DNA from: a virus
Reading direction: 5' to 3' (one strand)
DNA: 64,000 nucleotides
Virus record (IMG/VR): IMGVR_UViG_3300008108_000057
Coordinates: 1-64,000 of that record
Shown here: piece by piece, positions 48,801-57,281 of the stretch
Layout of the letters: every line of letters starts with the position of its first letter
Numbering within the stretch: position 1 is the first letter of the stretch
The notes under the pieces: model-generated
Seen by the model: the letters and a program-made list of their open reading frames with translations, nothing else
The model's database searches: none
Told to the model about the DNA's origin: nothing
Position numbers and translations under genes: made by a program

Positions 48801-48874
48801 CAGAAGATACAACAAATATACCTTTTGTGACTGACATACGAGCATTAGCTTTACCATCTGGAACAGGATTGTAA
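39815..48874 (+). CDS. Giant VrlC/DUF4815-like virion protein (3019 aa) containing four tandem Hint domains
   Basis: PYYDDFD..KNFHRILFKPG.AVQARELTQ.Q; LEYYT.LSLLE; RFKNG..VD.F; DPLAQTF; IRALAL end. Confidence 0.9.
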   Translation: MALNFNVDPYYDDFDPSKNFHRILFKPGYAVQARELTQSQTILQNQISNFADAIFSQNTPVSGGRVSLNFAAIGNIGAYYVKLQTQFSGVEIDVNNFLNKDIQDVNGIVQARVIAVAEGTLIDPPTLVVTYYTGAKFKDASTIICTDGSNFSATTIGTNTSAETCTGASSTVSISEGIFYIINGYNTSNVQNPDGTYNRYSIGNFVSVLPQTIILDKYASNPSGRVGLSITETIVDYIDDTSLLDPAVGASNYQAPGADRYKISLELVVLPLTPGNDDQFIELVRLENGKILKQVDGTVYSVINDYISKRTYETDGDFIVNEFSFTPTANTVNPDLYDLKISKGLAYIRGYRVENQSDITFSTPRARSNNIINNNQVYVDYGSYVLANNVSGTFDITTMPKIDLHCVANSNIVSTNSVTYSATLIGSAFLRNIDYESSVSDSDTSSYSYKMYITDVSANTLSGTALAAGSSPTTIQFNDTNGKFSAVANAYFGVKISALTSGYTDVREIVSYDGTTKTATVDSPFTLNPTNSTQFNLLFSTTDIESLINVPNGPATPTVRTASANIPNAGKFNGLFTGDTILYNPTQAELLFTVGYPYVSNISDSSYISQKVFRSKSFTSSGGNFVMTLSLPVNTANIKFIGTGTLSSDAIKQNFTVVNKANNRQILDFVSAGNTVVISSDQKTATFTTPVYGTTTVDVIAGVSVGNADNSTLVLKAKNLVVGNTQIVSYAGPTAIVDANTYLDLTNGQIYIKESAVGKTTSLYVSDVKKIRKIISTKSSVTVPTTSMLSDSSYDVTSLFLLDNGQRDNYYDFSAVRLKPGASRPLGNLLVIFDYYAHTGGDGYFDVNSYLTPISSSPDQYREIGQYTSKAGINYRLTDSLDFRPVRQAPSGSVSSVPFTLEYTGNPSAPDDSGILIPQNLSYFTHDYAYYLGRKDKLVITKDNTIDIILGTPSVNPTFPAEPDGALLLAKMTLDPYTGYIPGEDSTTQQTNYSIERVQHKNWIKRDITDLQDRVNNLEYYTALSLLEQNAQSLQIPDSNGLNRFKNGILVDDFSSYATADTRLSEGFNAKIDIAKKQLTPRSIVDNLALKNPIVLNSLGTIKQTNSFYVHTIAGSTNIYTLPYTTKFITGQTLASSVVSVNPFGVIRNEGSMQLCPPMDNWVDNQQAPDILVVDPRLQLFQASGTNLIQNAGNWQTIPGTTSQTLAGTSTAVTTTGNIQTTTTTQTFNVFGNQIQNVINSGYSAINSTIGLNNGYITNIGILGYIRPQRVRFRASGLLANAKLKAFFDGVDVSNDIVSPNIIRVDNVSGVFREDDIVGFEIANVFYPVGRVLGVTQVPGASTSYNLAIFDIDGAPEYLAAATLRNARFDENGVYVSGSTTASGQLSSGVSPLNVSGTIRGPAGSLITNANTNANLIFRSTKTDATWGDFLKINGMWATGNNITAYRSWDATYTFTANTGGNYVIAASSWRDTTAPFVNRTATITIDGTVQISATELYNATPTGTVSKTISLTPGNHTIRITANGSGTPLATVATQSGLACIITEPVGTPGRNIVFNALYPPSVDYPSGTQIILPLGGAYFDGFTRVSLAAGASEQDDFYIGSTITITTKYLYTYLSDGSTLQIPVPFTSGGAGDGGITVGSRTYVGPDGRTGYVLQSIETYTANIIDYDGQLRIATLDTPVNLSLGDNQLFGNINSTYSIKGNLVSLEEAIIDGTTVPTFSSDAQGNVTGLFEIRPNRFRTGERLFRLDNRTISNDPLTATCYAEATFTASGLSSSRQKLEFAPSVDAGGKTFIQTNQRSGAFIGTATQTTVTQQVIAEQGFRGCCFIAGTKITMADGSIKNIEDVQIGDELIGKDGSVNTVLEYVRPVLGERTLISLNDSTPFITNDHPVYMKDGTWKSFDPVATKLKYKKLSDWNIGKLEVGDVIETVDGVGFKIETMSEHSDRDDLQVYNFSLNGNHTYIANNLVVHNKCFVAGTEVLMKDNTWKNIEDVELNDVLIGESGSENRVREFHRPTLGLMDHILPHKLRLASINNSDFSVSEDHMIKTTSGWRTPTVEMCKILHAKTLEIENIDITQLQLGDDIICSDGSLLRVESIEFKEDAPEIQLYNFRLYGNKTYHVRMKGSDKFILVHNKCFTSGTEVLMKDNTWKNIEDVEINDVLIGENGSENRVREFHRPTLGLNDHILPHKLRLASINESNFSVSEDHMIKTTSGWRTPTVEMCKILHAKTLKGDNIDISQLQIGDEIICSDGSLLKVETIEFKEDVPELQLYNFKLYGNKTYHVRMKGAEKFMLVHNKCFTSGTEVLMHDGSWKNIEEVELGDILLGEDGAENMVKEFHRPVLGLNDHILPHNLRLASINNSEFSVSEDHMIKTTSGWRTPTVEMCKILHAETLKNENIDITQLQLGDEIICSDGSLLTVDSIEFKEDAPDLQLYNFKLHGNKTYHVRLKGSDKFILVHNKDPLAQTFAVPKDNYPNGAFLRSVKLFFQSKPTGPNAPDVEVYVVGTTNGYPNGKNLDYSVARVKAQDIKISNNPHWLDPETATEFVFPAPVYIQNSIFYAFVVFSHSPDYTVYFGQQNAVAVPSTTKALPTDPNPANPGKIGATPYVGGLFESQNAVTWQVDQTKQMMFVIDQCVFTTSDSKTLEFSLPSGLPFRAIDVLNDIVHTTSPASINNTYGNFAQKVPVMRSDAVNVTTTDFIPTGAVIKYTASATLNDGANTVVGQFPVFPGRLGSPTYDDVDYDDGRGPRALLRDANNSFRLFATMATADSNTSPIIADDGVSLYNIRYVINNLELSNSMIEIVDGGTGYHPANVVATVSPPDIGSDAATCGVVLTSNVITNVYLTTFGSGYVKTPTITITGANTTPATVLIRGETSSGGGNLTTARYLTKVVKLTPDNESGDLRVFYTAYKPLGTEIYVYYKILNSDDTDVIDDKEWQLMTQTSTISYSLSKQNLIEYECAPGVNNLADNFISYTKGTETYNSFNQFQIKFVMTTEDTTNIPFVTDIRALALPSGTGL
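45293..45730 (+). other. Hint (intein/BIL-like) domain 1, 146 aa
   Basis: CFIAGTKI...IEDVQIGD; block B TNDH; YNF...VVHN; +1 Lys. Confidence 0.93.
45734..46219 (+). other. Hint domain 2, 162 aa
   Basis: CFVAGTEV...SEDH...YNF...LVHN; +1 Lys. Confidence 0.93.
46223..46708 (+). other. Hint domain 3, 162 aa
   Basis: CFTSGTEV...SEDH...LVHN; +1 Lys; 489-bp period. Confidence 0.93.
46712..47197 (+). other. Hint domain 4, 162 aa
   Basis: CFTSGTEV...SEDH...LVHN followed by K-DPLAQTF. Confidence 0.93.
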
Positions 48875-48875
48875 A

Positions 48876-49097
48876 ATGGCACTAGTTAAAGTTACTGGAT
48901 CAGAGTTTGTGAGAGACACTAATAATATGGCTCTCATAAACACGGATAATACTGCAAGAAATGAGTATTATGCTAAAATTCGTATGTTAAAGACACATAA
49001 AGATGAAATAAATACAGTTAAGGAAGAAATTGCTGGCATCAAAGAAGATATGAACGAAATAAAAGCTTTGATGTTAAAACTATTAGAAAAAGGCTAA
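48876..49097 (+). CDS. Small coiled-coil virion-associated protein
   Basis: V.G..FVRD...ALINTD; heptad C-terminus. Confidence 0.7.
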   Translation: MALVKVTGSEFVRDTNNMALINTDNTARNEYYAKIRMLKTHKDEINTVKEEIAGIKEDMNEIKALMLKLLEKG

Positions 49098-49098
49098 A

Positions 49099-51774
49099 AT
49101 GGCTAATACAGTTACTTTATTGAGCTATGCCAATACTTTTGGCGATTGGGTAGTTACTACAAATAAACTCATACAAGAAAATAATGATCTTGCTGCGAAC
49201 AATTATGTAAAATCAACAGGAACTTTATTTCTTAGTTCTCCCACTCTTGGTCTCCAAGTAGCAAACAATGCTGTTGTTCAAGGACAACTTCAAGTTTCTG
49301 GTATTGGTTCATCTGCCTATATTCAAAAAAATATTCAGGTTGATGGTTCAATCATAGGAGCATCAAACAATTACTTTATTGCAAATGATGCTAACACAAT
49401 ACTTAATATTACTCAGTCTGGTTCAGGACTTGTATTAAGAATTAATCCTCAACCAGGAGGAATGGGTACAGCAGGTGCAAACTCAACTGTAATTGATGGC
49501 AACGGTAACGTGTATATTGGTTCAGCATTTGCAGGACCATTCAAACTAAATGTTGCTAATGGTAATGTTAATTTCTCGAATAATCTAATAGTTGGTCGTA
49601 CTGTTAATTCGCCTATAATAGTAGGAGCAAATAATGTTATTGGTGATGTAGTATCAGGAAATACTAGAGTAATATCTCCTGTCGTTATAGGTACCACATC
49701 TGTCACAAGTAATTTTATTACAGCAAACACGCAGATTAATACACCTACGGTTGTAGCTTCAAGTAATGTTATTAGTAGTATAATATCAGCAAATACTAGA
49801 GTAATATCTCCTGTCGTTATAGGTACCACATCTGTCACTAGTAATTTAATTACAGCAAATGTATTAGCAACGACACCAGAATTAATAGTAACATCAAAGA
49901 TAGATGCAAACCAAGCATTTATATATGCTGATAGAACTGTTTCGAATACTGTAGTAGTTCAAGGAACTTTCTTCATTAATGGTGATACTGCATATAACTC
50001 ACCTACCTTTACAATTAATTCCGCAGAAATTATTGCTTCAAATGGAAGCTTTATTAATGCTAGAGGACCATTATCAAATGCTGAAATAAAATGGAATGAG
50101 ATTAATGATTGGTGGGAGCTTAAAGATGTAAATAATCCTATTAGCTATTCTAAAATACTAACAGCAAACTTAATTAGTGATTCCACCGTATTACCAAGTT
50201 CTAATAATATTGCAAGTTCTGTAACAGTAAATTACTTACAGAATGTGTCAAACACACAAAATGTTTGGATCAATAATACTAATACCTTTGCTTCTATGGG
50301 TGCATTTACTGCTAACCAAGCATGGGTAGGTGCTAATACTGCTAATGGTAACATAATAGCATTGCAGTCACAAATGTTTACTGTAAATGCTAATGTTACT
50401 GCTACCAATAGCCTAACTCAAGCAGCATTTAATAGAGCAAACAATGGTGTTTTCAATGGAACGACTGGTGCTGCTACTGGTTCTGTTGGAGTTATTTCAT
50501 TCAGCAGTAATAATGGTGTTACAATATACGGTTCATCAAACGTACTTAATATTAGCACATCACAAGATTTAAGAAGTACAGCAAGCCCAACATTCGATAG
50601 TTTAACTTTAACCAATCCACTTGCGATTTCACAAGGTGGTACTGGATCAACATCAGCAGCATCAGCACTTACTGCACTTCTTCCGACAGGAACAACTGCT
50701 GGATATATTCTGACTACTGGTGGTCCAGGAAGTTTCTATTGGGCAGCAGGTGGCGGAGGTGGTGGAGGTGGAACCACTCCAGGAACAACGATTAGCTCCT
50801 CTCGTCTATCATATATTGCAAATGGTGTAACCTCAGCATACACGACACCAACGTATATACCGGGAGCGGCTCAATTAAGAGTGTATTTTGATGGTGTTAG
50901 ACAGTTTGCCGCAGGCTATACAGAAACAAGTAACACTAGCGTTACGTTTACAACTCCTGTAACAAGTGGAATTAATATTCTTTTTGAAGTTGATGGATAT
51001 ATCAATAACCCATATTATGCGAACAATATTGCATACACAATTAATTCAGATATCTCACCGACAGCGAATAGTATTCAATTAGCCATTGATGGATTAACAT
51101 CTAAACTAACAACTTATTATGCTAACACGAATGGTGGAACTCAAACATTCACTAATGTTGTACTTGCACCAACACCTACAATTAATAGTCCTTCTGGTAA
51201 TACACAAATAGCTACAACTGCATTTGTCAATAATAAAGCAAACTCAGGTGTAACATTTACTGCAAGCATTACTGGTTCTGCTGGCTCTGTTGCTAATACA
51301 GGTATTGTAGGATTAATTACAAATGCACAATTAGCAGGACCCATCGGTATGACAGTAACCGATGACACATCAAGTTCAAGCACCAGTTATATTACATTTA
51401 CTCAACAAACTTCTGGTACAAGTTTCAGTTCTAATGTTTCAAGCACCAAATTGACGTTTGTTCCATCAACTGGAACATTGTCTGCTACTATAATGACAGC
51501 AACATCAGATAAAAATCTGAAAGAAAATATTGTAGGAATTTCTGATGCGTTGAATACTGTCATGCGATTGAAAGGTGTTGAGTATAACTGGAAAGATACT
51601 GGAGAAAAAGGTATGGGTCTAGTTGCTCAAGAGGTTGAAGAAATTCTTCCTTATCTTGTTTCAGAAAACGAAAATGGAAAATCAGTCATGTATCAAAATA
51701 TGATTGGATTGTTAGTTGAAGCTATCAAAGAATTAAAGCAAGAAATAAACACACTCAAAGGTGATAATAAATGA
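49099..51774 (+). CDS. Tail fibre with C-terminal peptidase S74 chaperone
   Basis: NTF.DW..TN N-terminus; TSDKNLKENI, G.VAQEVE..LP, LVEAIKEL; 132-bp internal duplication near 49660/49792. Confidence 0.85.
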   Translation: MANTVTLLSYANTFGDWVVTTNKLIQENNDLAANNYVKSTGTLFLSSPTLGLQVANNAVVQGQLQVSGIGSSAYIQKNIQVDGSIIGASNNYFIANDANTILNITQSGSGLVLRINPQPGGMGTAGANSTVIDGNGNVYIGSAFAGPFKLNVANGNVNFSNNLIVGRTVNSPIIVGANNVIGDVVSGNTRVISPVVIGTTSVTSNFITANTQINTPTVVASSNVISSIISANTRVISPVVIGTTSVTSNLITANVLATTPELIVTSKIDANQAFIYADRTVSNTVVVQGTFFINGDTAYNSPTFTINSAEIIASNGSFINARGPLSNAEIKWNEINDWWELKDVNNPISYSKILTANLISDSTVLPSSNNIASSVTVNYLQNVSNTQNVWINNTNTFASMGAFTANQAWVGANTANGNIIALQSQMFTVNANVTATNSLTQAAFNRANNGVFNGTTGAATGSVGVISFSSNNGVTIYGSSNVLNISTSQDLRSTASPTFDSLTLTNPLAISQGGTGSTSAASALTALLPTGTTAGYILTTGGPGSFYWAAGGGGGGGGTTPGTTISSSRLSYIANGVTSAYTTPTYIPGAAQLRVYFDGVRQFAAGYTETSNTSVTFTTPVTSGINILFEVDGYINNPYYANNIAYTINSDISPTANSIQLAIDGLTSKLTTYYANTNGGTQTFTNVVLAPTPTINSPSGNTQIATTAFVNNKANSGVTFTASITGSAGSVANTGIVGLITNAQLAGPIGMTVTDDTSSSSTSYITFTQQTSGTSFSSNVSSTKLTFVPSTGTLSATIMTATSDKNLKENIVGISDALNTVMRLKGVEYNWKDTGEKGMGLVAQEVEEILPYLVSENENGKSVMYQNMIGLLVEAIKELKQEINTLKGDNK

Positions 51775-52790
51775 CAACGAAAGTAACAAGTTTAGTATTA
51801 GCTAATACTGCCGTTACACCTGGAACTTATGGTAGTACAACACAAATTCCTACATTTGCTGTAGACGGTCAAGGTAGAATTACTTCAGCAGCAAATGCTG
51901 CTATATTATTTGGTACTATGGCAACTCAAAATTCAAGTAATGTCAATATTACTGGTGGTTCGGTAACTGGTATTACTGATCTTGCTGTTGCGGATGGTGG
52001 TACTGGAGCATCTGACGCTGCAACAGCTAGAACTAATTTGGGTCTAGGTACTGTTGCGGTTGAAAATACTGTTCCTGTAGCCAAAGGTGGTACTGGTGCT
52101 ACTGATGCTGGAACAGCTAGAACTAATTTGGGTCTAGGTAGCGTTGCAGTTGAGAACACTGTTCCTGTAGCCAAAGGTGGTACAGGAGCTACTGATGCTG
52201 GAGGTGCGAGAAGCAACTTAGGCTTGGGTACTATGAGTACTCAAAATAGTACAGGAGTAAGTATCACAGGAGGTGCAATAGCATCACTTAGTACTTTTTC
52301 AACCAGTGGTTTCTCTGATGCAAACTTGTATGGATCGGTTTCGATATATGGTGGAACAACAGGAGAATATGAAACATTTGCGTCAACTACAAGTATGTTT
52401 TCTAGTAGTCCAGCGGCAGATGTGGATTTAGGTTCATACATACTCTCTAGTTCCTTTTCTTATACAGTGTTGAGAATCAAAACTCAGGGAATATATATTC
52501 CAAATGCTTTTAATCCGGTCAATCCACTCCCATCAAGACTTTATAAAGACTTTTCTGTTGGAATATGGTATAATCAAAGTACAGGTGTTTATACAGTAGA
52601 TTTTGGTACAAACCTAGTTGCTTTTAATAGCGATGGCACCAACTTTGCTGCGGGCGCCTGGAATTCTGGTAGAGCCGCTATAGTAGGTGCTGGAACAACT
52701 TCTCTTGTGTATAGATTTACAAATAGAGCATCACCAGCAGCAGATTCGTCAACTTATTTCTATACTTTATTCGAGATAACAAAATGGTAA
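51771..52790 (+). CDS. Fibre-like protein with GGTGA..ARTNLGL repeats
   Basis: 30-aa (90-bp) repeats; C-terminal domain paralogous to 53080..53805. Confidence 0.75.
   Translation: MTTKVTSLVLANTAVTPGTYGSTTQIPTFAVDGQGRITSAANAAILFGTMATQNSSNVNITGGSVTGITDLAVADGGTGASDAATARTNLGLGTVAVENTVPVAKGGTGATDAGTARTNLGLGSVAVENTVPVAKGGTGATDAGGARSNLGLGTMSTQNSTGVSITGGAIASLSTFSTSGFSDANLYGSVSIYGGTTGEYETFASTTSMFSSSPAADVDLGSYILSSSFSYTVLRIKTQGIYIPNAFNPVNPLPSRLYKDFSVGIWYNQSTGVYTVDFGTNLVAFNSDGTNFAAGAWNSGRAAIVGAGTTSLVYRFTNRASPAADSSTYFYTLFEITKW
51996..52230 (+). repeat. 90-bp in-frame tandem repeat (about 2.6 copies)
   Basis: GGTGGTAC at 51996, 52086, 52176. Confidence 0.85.
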
Positions 52791-53071
52791 ATAACAATAT
52801 TTTACAAGCAAACGGTATGTCAATATATCAGCATACCTATAAAAATTATCAATTACATATACTTGTTGATCATAACAGTAAATCAGTTCAGGTACAAATT
52901 ATAAATCCTCAGAACTCTGGCCATTGTGTGTTAAACAAGGTTGATATTGATGAACAAGTTGACTTAAATGATCAAGCATCTGCGATTGCAGCTATTGTAT
53001 CATGGAGTGAACTTGATGATAAAATTTTTAGGGCACAAAAAATCTTTGAAGATTGTCCTGTAGAAGAATAA
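52784..53071 (+). CDS. Hypothetical protein
   Basis: ORF between the two paralogous fibre genes. Confidence 0.6.
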   Translation: MVNNNILQANGMSIYQHTYKNYQLHILVDHNSKSVQVQIINPQNSGHCVLNKVDIDEQVDLNDQASAIAAIVSWSELDDKIFRAQKIFEDCPVEE

Positions 53072-53079
53072 ATTAAAAA

Positions 53080-53805
53080 ATGATAACAAGAGTTAGAAGT
53101 TCTACGTTAGCTAATACTGCGGTTACAGTAGGATCTTATGGTGGTGCGTCACAAATTCCTTCGTTTACTGTAGATCAACAAGGTAGAATTACTTCAGCAA
53201 CAAATAATGCTGTAGGCACCGTGCAGATTTCTGGTGGTGGTACTGGTGCTACTGATGCGCCGACAGCTAGAACCAATTTAGGCTTAGGTACTATAAGTAC
53301 CCAATCAGCAGCTTCAGTGAATATTACAGGTGGTAACATATCTGGTCTTGCTACTTTTCAGCTTGGTACAACCGCTGCCGGAAAATTATATCAAGACATG
53401 TTTAATGCCAGTTTTACTGAGGCAACAGCAACTCAAGATATTGATATATGGCCGTATTTAATCAATAGTTCTGCATCATATAACTTTGTAAGAGTAAAAG
53501 TTCATGGAGCATATTGGCCTACTAGTAATCCAGTAACTCCAGCTCAATCAAGACTTTATAAAGAATGGCTAGTTGGAATATGGTACAACGATAGCACAGG
53601 TCTTTATACAGTAGAAGGTGGTTCATTAACAGCTAGTTTCAATTCAGATGGTACTAACTTTCCTGCTGGTGTATTTAATGGAGGTAAAGCTTTTATAGCA
53701 GGTACTGGTACATCTTCTGTTGCAATTAGACTTGGAAATAGAACCTCACCAGCGGTAGGTTCGTTTGCTTATTTTAACGTTTTGCTAGAAGTGATGAGTT
53801 GGTAA
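53080..53805 (+). CDS. Fibre-like protein, paralog of 51771..52790
   Basis: Shared LANTAVT.G.YG...QIP.F.VD.QGRITSA and SRLYK...VGIWYN.STG.YTV. Confidence 0.75.
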   Translation: MITRVRSSTLANTAVTVGSYGGASQIPSFTVDQQGRITSATNNAVGTVQISGGGTGATDAPTARTNLGLGTISTQSAASVNITGGNISGLATFQLGTTAAGKLYQDMFNASFTEATATQDIDIWPYLINSSASYNFVRVKVHGAYWPTSNPVTPAQSRLYKEWLVGIWYNDSTGLYTVEGGSLTASFNSDGTNFPAGVFNGGKAFIAGTGTSSVAIRLGNRTSPAVGSFAYFNVLLEVMSW

Positions 53806-53840
53806 TTATATTTTATAAATTAAAAACATAGAGGAAAAAT

Positions 53841-54188
53841 ATGCCTGCAGGTTATCAAGATTTATTTCTAGAACAAGGTACAACATTTACTACGCAGATG
53901 ACTCTTGCTGATGATACTGGTGCACCTTATAATCTTACAGGCTTTACAGTAAGAAGTCAAGCAAGAAATTCTTATTATTCGTCAAATGTAGCAATTAATT
54001 TTACTGCAACTGTATATAGTGCAAACTCTGGTGTTATTCAATTGTCTGCAAACTCGGCAACAACGTCAAATGTTTCCACTATGCAAAAACTAGTATATGA
54101 TGTAATTATTACTGAAACATCAACAGGATCAGTTACTAGAGTTCTTGAAGGTCAAATATTTGTTTCACCATCTGTAACAAGAAACTAA
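53841..54188 (+). CDS. Small virion adaptor-like protein
   Basis: L.LEQG.TF, YNLTG, YDV.I, RVLEG.I.VSP.VT. Confidence 0.7.
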   Translation: MPAGYQDLFLEQGTTFTTQMTLADDTGAPYNLTGFTVRSQARNSYYSSNVAINFTATVYSANSGVIQLSANSATTSNVSTMQKLVYDVIITETSTGSVTRVLEGQIFVSPSVTRN

Positions 54189-54189
54189 A

Positions 54190-54453
54190 ATGCCAAATGT
54201 AATTGTTAATCCCGTACAGCAGATTAGTGTTAGAGTTAATCAAGGAAACCAGCAAACGGTTTACAGCACGGCATCATTTGTTGGGGCGAGTGATGCTGCG
54301 GCTCAAGCGAATACCGCTTTAGCATTAGCTCAAGCAGCCTATAACACAGCAAATACTAAAGTAAGTAAGTCTGGTGATACAATGACAGGTAATCTCGTAT
54401 TTGCTAATTCAGCCACAATTAGTGCAGTTATTGACGGTGGCATATTTACATAA
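54190..54453 (+). CDS. Small structural protein ending DGGIFT
   Basis: VSKSGDTMTGNL fibre motif. Confidence 0.65.
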   Translation: MPNVIVNPVQQISVRVNQGNQQTVYSTASFVGASDAAAQANTALALAQAAYNTANTKVSKSGDTMTGNLVFANSATISAVIDGGIFT

Positions 54454-54483
54454 ATAAAAAGATAACAATAATAAGGACGTAAC

Positions 54484-56658
54484 ATGGCCTCTAATACCGA
54501 AATTCTCATTAAACGCTCGTTCTCTACGGCATCTCCGGCGAACTTGGCGGCAGGTGAATTAGCCTATTCTTACACCTCTAATAATCTGTTTATCGGTACG
54601 GCAGATGGTACAAATGCATTACAGATTGGTGGATTTAAAAATTTCACTAATATCACTCCCGGAGAATACGGTTCCACCACAGCAATTCCAGTCCTGCGTA
54701 TCTCGGCAAATGGTTTAGTTACCAATGTAACTACCTCTGCAATTGCAAGTACGCTTAATATTTCTGGTGATACTGGAACTGATGGAATTAATCTACTTAC
54801 AGAAACTCTTGCCTTTGCTGGAGGAGACGGTTTAACATCAGCAGTCACAGCAAATACAGTAACGTTTAATGTAGATAATACTGTTTTCCGTGCAAATACT
54901 CCTATTGTTACACAGTACATTGATTCTAGCGTTCAAATCGCAGGGAACTTAACAGTTCTTGGCACAGAAACCGTCATCAATGTTGATACTATTAAAGTTG
55001 ATGACCCATTAATTCAACTTGCTGCAAACAATACTTCTGACGTAGTTGATATTGGTTTTATTGGTCACTACTATGATGGGGTACAGAGACATACTGGTTT
55101 CTATCGTCATGCACAAGACAAACAATACTATCTGTTCAATAACTATACGACAGAACCAACATCAAACGTTATTACGCCGTTCTCTGATAGCTTTGTACTA
55201 GCAACATTAAGAGCAAACTTAACTGCAAATACGTCTAACGTACTAAATGTTCTAACACTTCAGTCCGGCTCTCAGTTGTATGCAAATGGTTCTTCATATT
55301 TTGCAAATGCTCCATATTTCGATGCGGGAGCAATATTAGATGATAACCTAGTTATCAACTCAGCGAAGCGTTTACGACTAAAGAATAACGATAACTCCGC
55401 AATAGTTGATATTTACAACGATGGTGGTGCTAATACAAATCTTCTATATGTCAATAGTGATATAGAAACATCAAGAAATCTATATGTCGCCAATCGTATC
55501 TACGGCAATCTAAGTAATAACACTCTCTACTTAGTACCAAGTGCCAACTATGCACCCGAAGTAAACGATCAATACATTATTGTTGATCCAACAGCACCAA
55601 ATCACATACACCTTCGTGCTGGTGGTGCAATAGATTCTTCTAATGCTGAATTGTTCTTAGGTGGTGAAAATACTAATGTTCAAGTGAGTGATAATGCCAA
55701 AGAAACATATATTACTGCAAATTCTCATTATTGGACATTTAGCAATGATGCTAAACTAATATTACCTAACGGTGGTGAAATTTATGGTGTTACTGGAACT
55801 ATATTTGTTGACTCCATACAAACAACATTTAGTGGTAATACAACTGCTAACGGTACTGTAACAGTTGGTACGAATCTTTTTGTACCTAATTTACCAAATA
55901 GTGCAACAGCAAATCTAGTTTACTATGATGCTGCAAATGGAAGATTTAGCTATGCAAGCGATAATGCACTAACCCCAACATCGATTGCTAATGGTGCATT
56001 CTCACTATCAATTCAAAGTACAGATGGATTATTAGTACATAATGGTGCAGGGTTACAGTTAGCTAATGGTGCAATCATCAAAGATACTGCGGGTGACGCA
56101 GTTGCCTTTGGACAGAATGCTGGTACAATAACTCAAGGATTACAAGCAGTTGCAATTGGTGATTCTGCTGGTTATAATAATCAAGGTGCATATGGTGTTG
56201 CAATTGGTTATGGTGCTGGTAACGTTAATCAAGGTCAAACTGCTGTTGCTATTGGTATCAATGCCGGTATAACCAATCAAGGTGCTTATGGTATTGCGAT
56301 TGGTAATTCTTCTGGTGGGGGACAAGGACAATACGCTATTGCATTAGGTTATGATAGTGGAGGACAACAAGGTGCATCTTCTATTGCTATCGGTGAACAA
56401 GCTGCTAAAGGTAATACAAGTGCAGCCGGAATCAATTCTATCTCAATAGGTAAATTTGCTGGCTTTGAAACTGCTGCTGCTGGTAGTATTATTTTGAATG
56501 CTTCTGGATCAAATCTAAGTTCTACAGTAGCAGGATTCTTTGTTAATCCAGTTCGTTATACAGAAACACAAGATGCTACTTATGATGGACTTGCATTCTA
56601 TAATTCAAATACAAAAGAGATTCGTTACTCATATGTTCTCGATGGAGGCAGCTTCTAA
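54484..56658 (+). CDS. Tail fibre / adhesin-like protein
   Basis: IKRS...P..L.AGELAYS N-terminus; YadA-like AVAIG..AG repeats; DGGSF end. Confidence 0.8.
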   Translation: MASNTEILIKRSFSTASPANLAAGELAYSYTSNNLFIGTADGTNALQIGGFKNFTNITPGEYGSTTAIPVLRISANGLVTNVTTSAIASTLNISGDTGTDGINLLTETLAFAGGDGLTSAVTANTVTFNVDNTVFRANTPIVTQYIDSSVQIAGNLTVLGTETVINVDTIKVDDPLIQLAANNTSDVVDIGFIGHYYDGVQRHTGFYRHAQDKQYYLFNNYTTEPTSNVITPFSDSFVLATLRANLTANTSNVLNVLTLQSGSQLYANGSSYFANAPYFDAGAILDDNLVINSAKRLRLKNNDNSAIVDIYNDGGANTNLLYVNSDIETSRNLYVANRIYGNLSNNTLYLVPSANYAPEVNDQYIIVDPTAPNHIHLRAGGAIDSSNAELFLGGENTNVQVSDNAKETYITANSHYWTFSNDAKLILPNGGEIYGVTGTIFVDSIQTTFSGNTTANGTVTVGTNLFVPNLPNSATANLVYYDAANGRFSYASDNALTPTSIANGAFSLSIQSTDGLLVHNGAGLQLANGAIIKDTAGDAVAFGQNAGTITQGLQAVAIGDSAGYNNQGAYGVAIGYGAGNVNQGQTAVAIGINAGITNQGAYGIAIGNSSGGGQGQYAIALGYDSGGQQGASSIAIGEQAAKGNTSAAGINSISIGKFAGFETAAAGSIILNASGSNLSSTVAGFFVNPVRYTETQDATYDGLAFYNSNTKEIRYSYVLDGGSF

Positions 56659-56699
56659 ATACAATGATTATATAATTTTCTAAATGATAGGAGTTTGAA

Positions 56700-57278
56700 A
56701 TGAGTCAGGAAAAGTATATTGAATATTATGTGGATGTAATGTCTAAGACCTTGCAAGATAGCATCGTCAAAAGCATTTCTCTACAGGCAAATTTAAAATT
56801 AACTGAAAATATTATTAAGGAGTTGCAAACAAAAGTTGAAGAATTAACTATTTCTGTTGAATCTTCAAAAAAAGAATTAGAAAATACAAAAGCAGATAAA
56901 AATGCTAATGATAACACTAAAATTCAGCAACTTCAAAATGCAAATAATGAATTAAATAATACGATTAATAATTTAAAAAATCAAATAACTGATCTTTCAA
57001 TTATTAAGTCTGAGTATGAAAATGTAAAGCATCAGTTACAACATATTGATACATTTACAAATGAATTGAATAAGACCCGTGAAGAATTGACAAGTGTGCA
57101 TGGAAAATATGGTTCTGAAATTAAAGAACTAAATGACCAAATTGACTATTTAAAATTAACTCCTGCCAAAAGAAAAAAAATTGATGAGGCTAAGGCCGCA
57201 CAAACAGTAGTTGTTAGTGCAGAATTGGAAGAATTAGTAGTATCGGACGAAATCATCAAGGACGGCGGAAGTTTTTAA
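56700..57278 (+). CDS. Coiled-coil protein ending DGGSF
   Basis: Heptad pattern; AGGAG SD. Confidence 0.7.
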   Translation: MSQEKYIEYYVDVMSKTLQDSIVKSISLQANLKLTENIIKELQTKVEELTISVESSKKELENTKADKNANDNTKIQQLQNANNELNNTINNLKNQITDLSIIKSEYENVKHQLQHIDTFTNELNKTREELTSVHGKYGSEIKELNDQIDYLKLTPAKRKKIDEAKAAQTVVVSAELEELVVSDEIIKDGGSF

Positions 57279-57281
57279 TAA

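Noticed and set aside
51771-53805. Diversity-generating retroelement TR/VR pair
   Set aside because: Differences are not adenine-specific, both copies are full ORFs, and no reverse transcriptase is present
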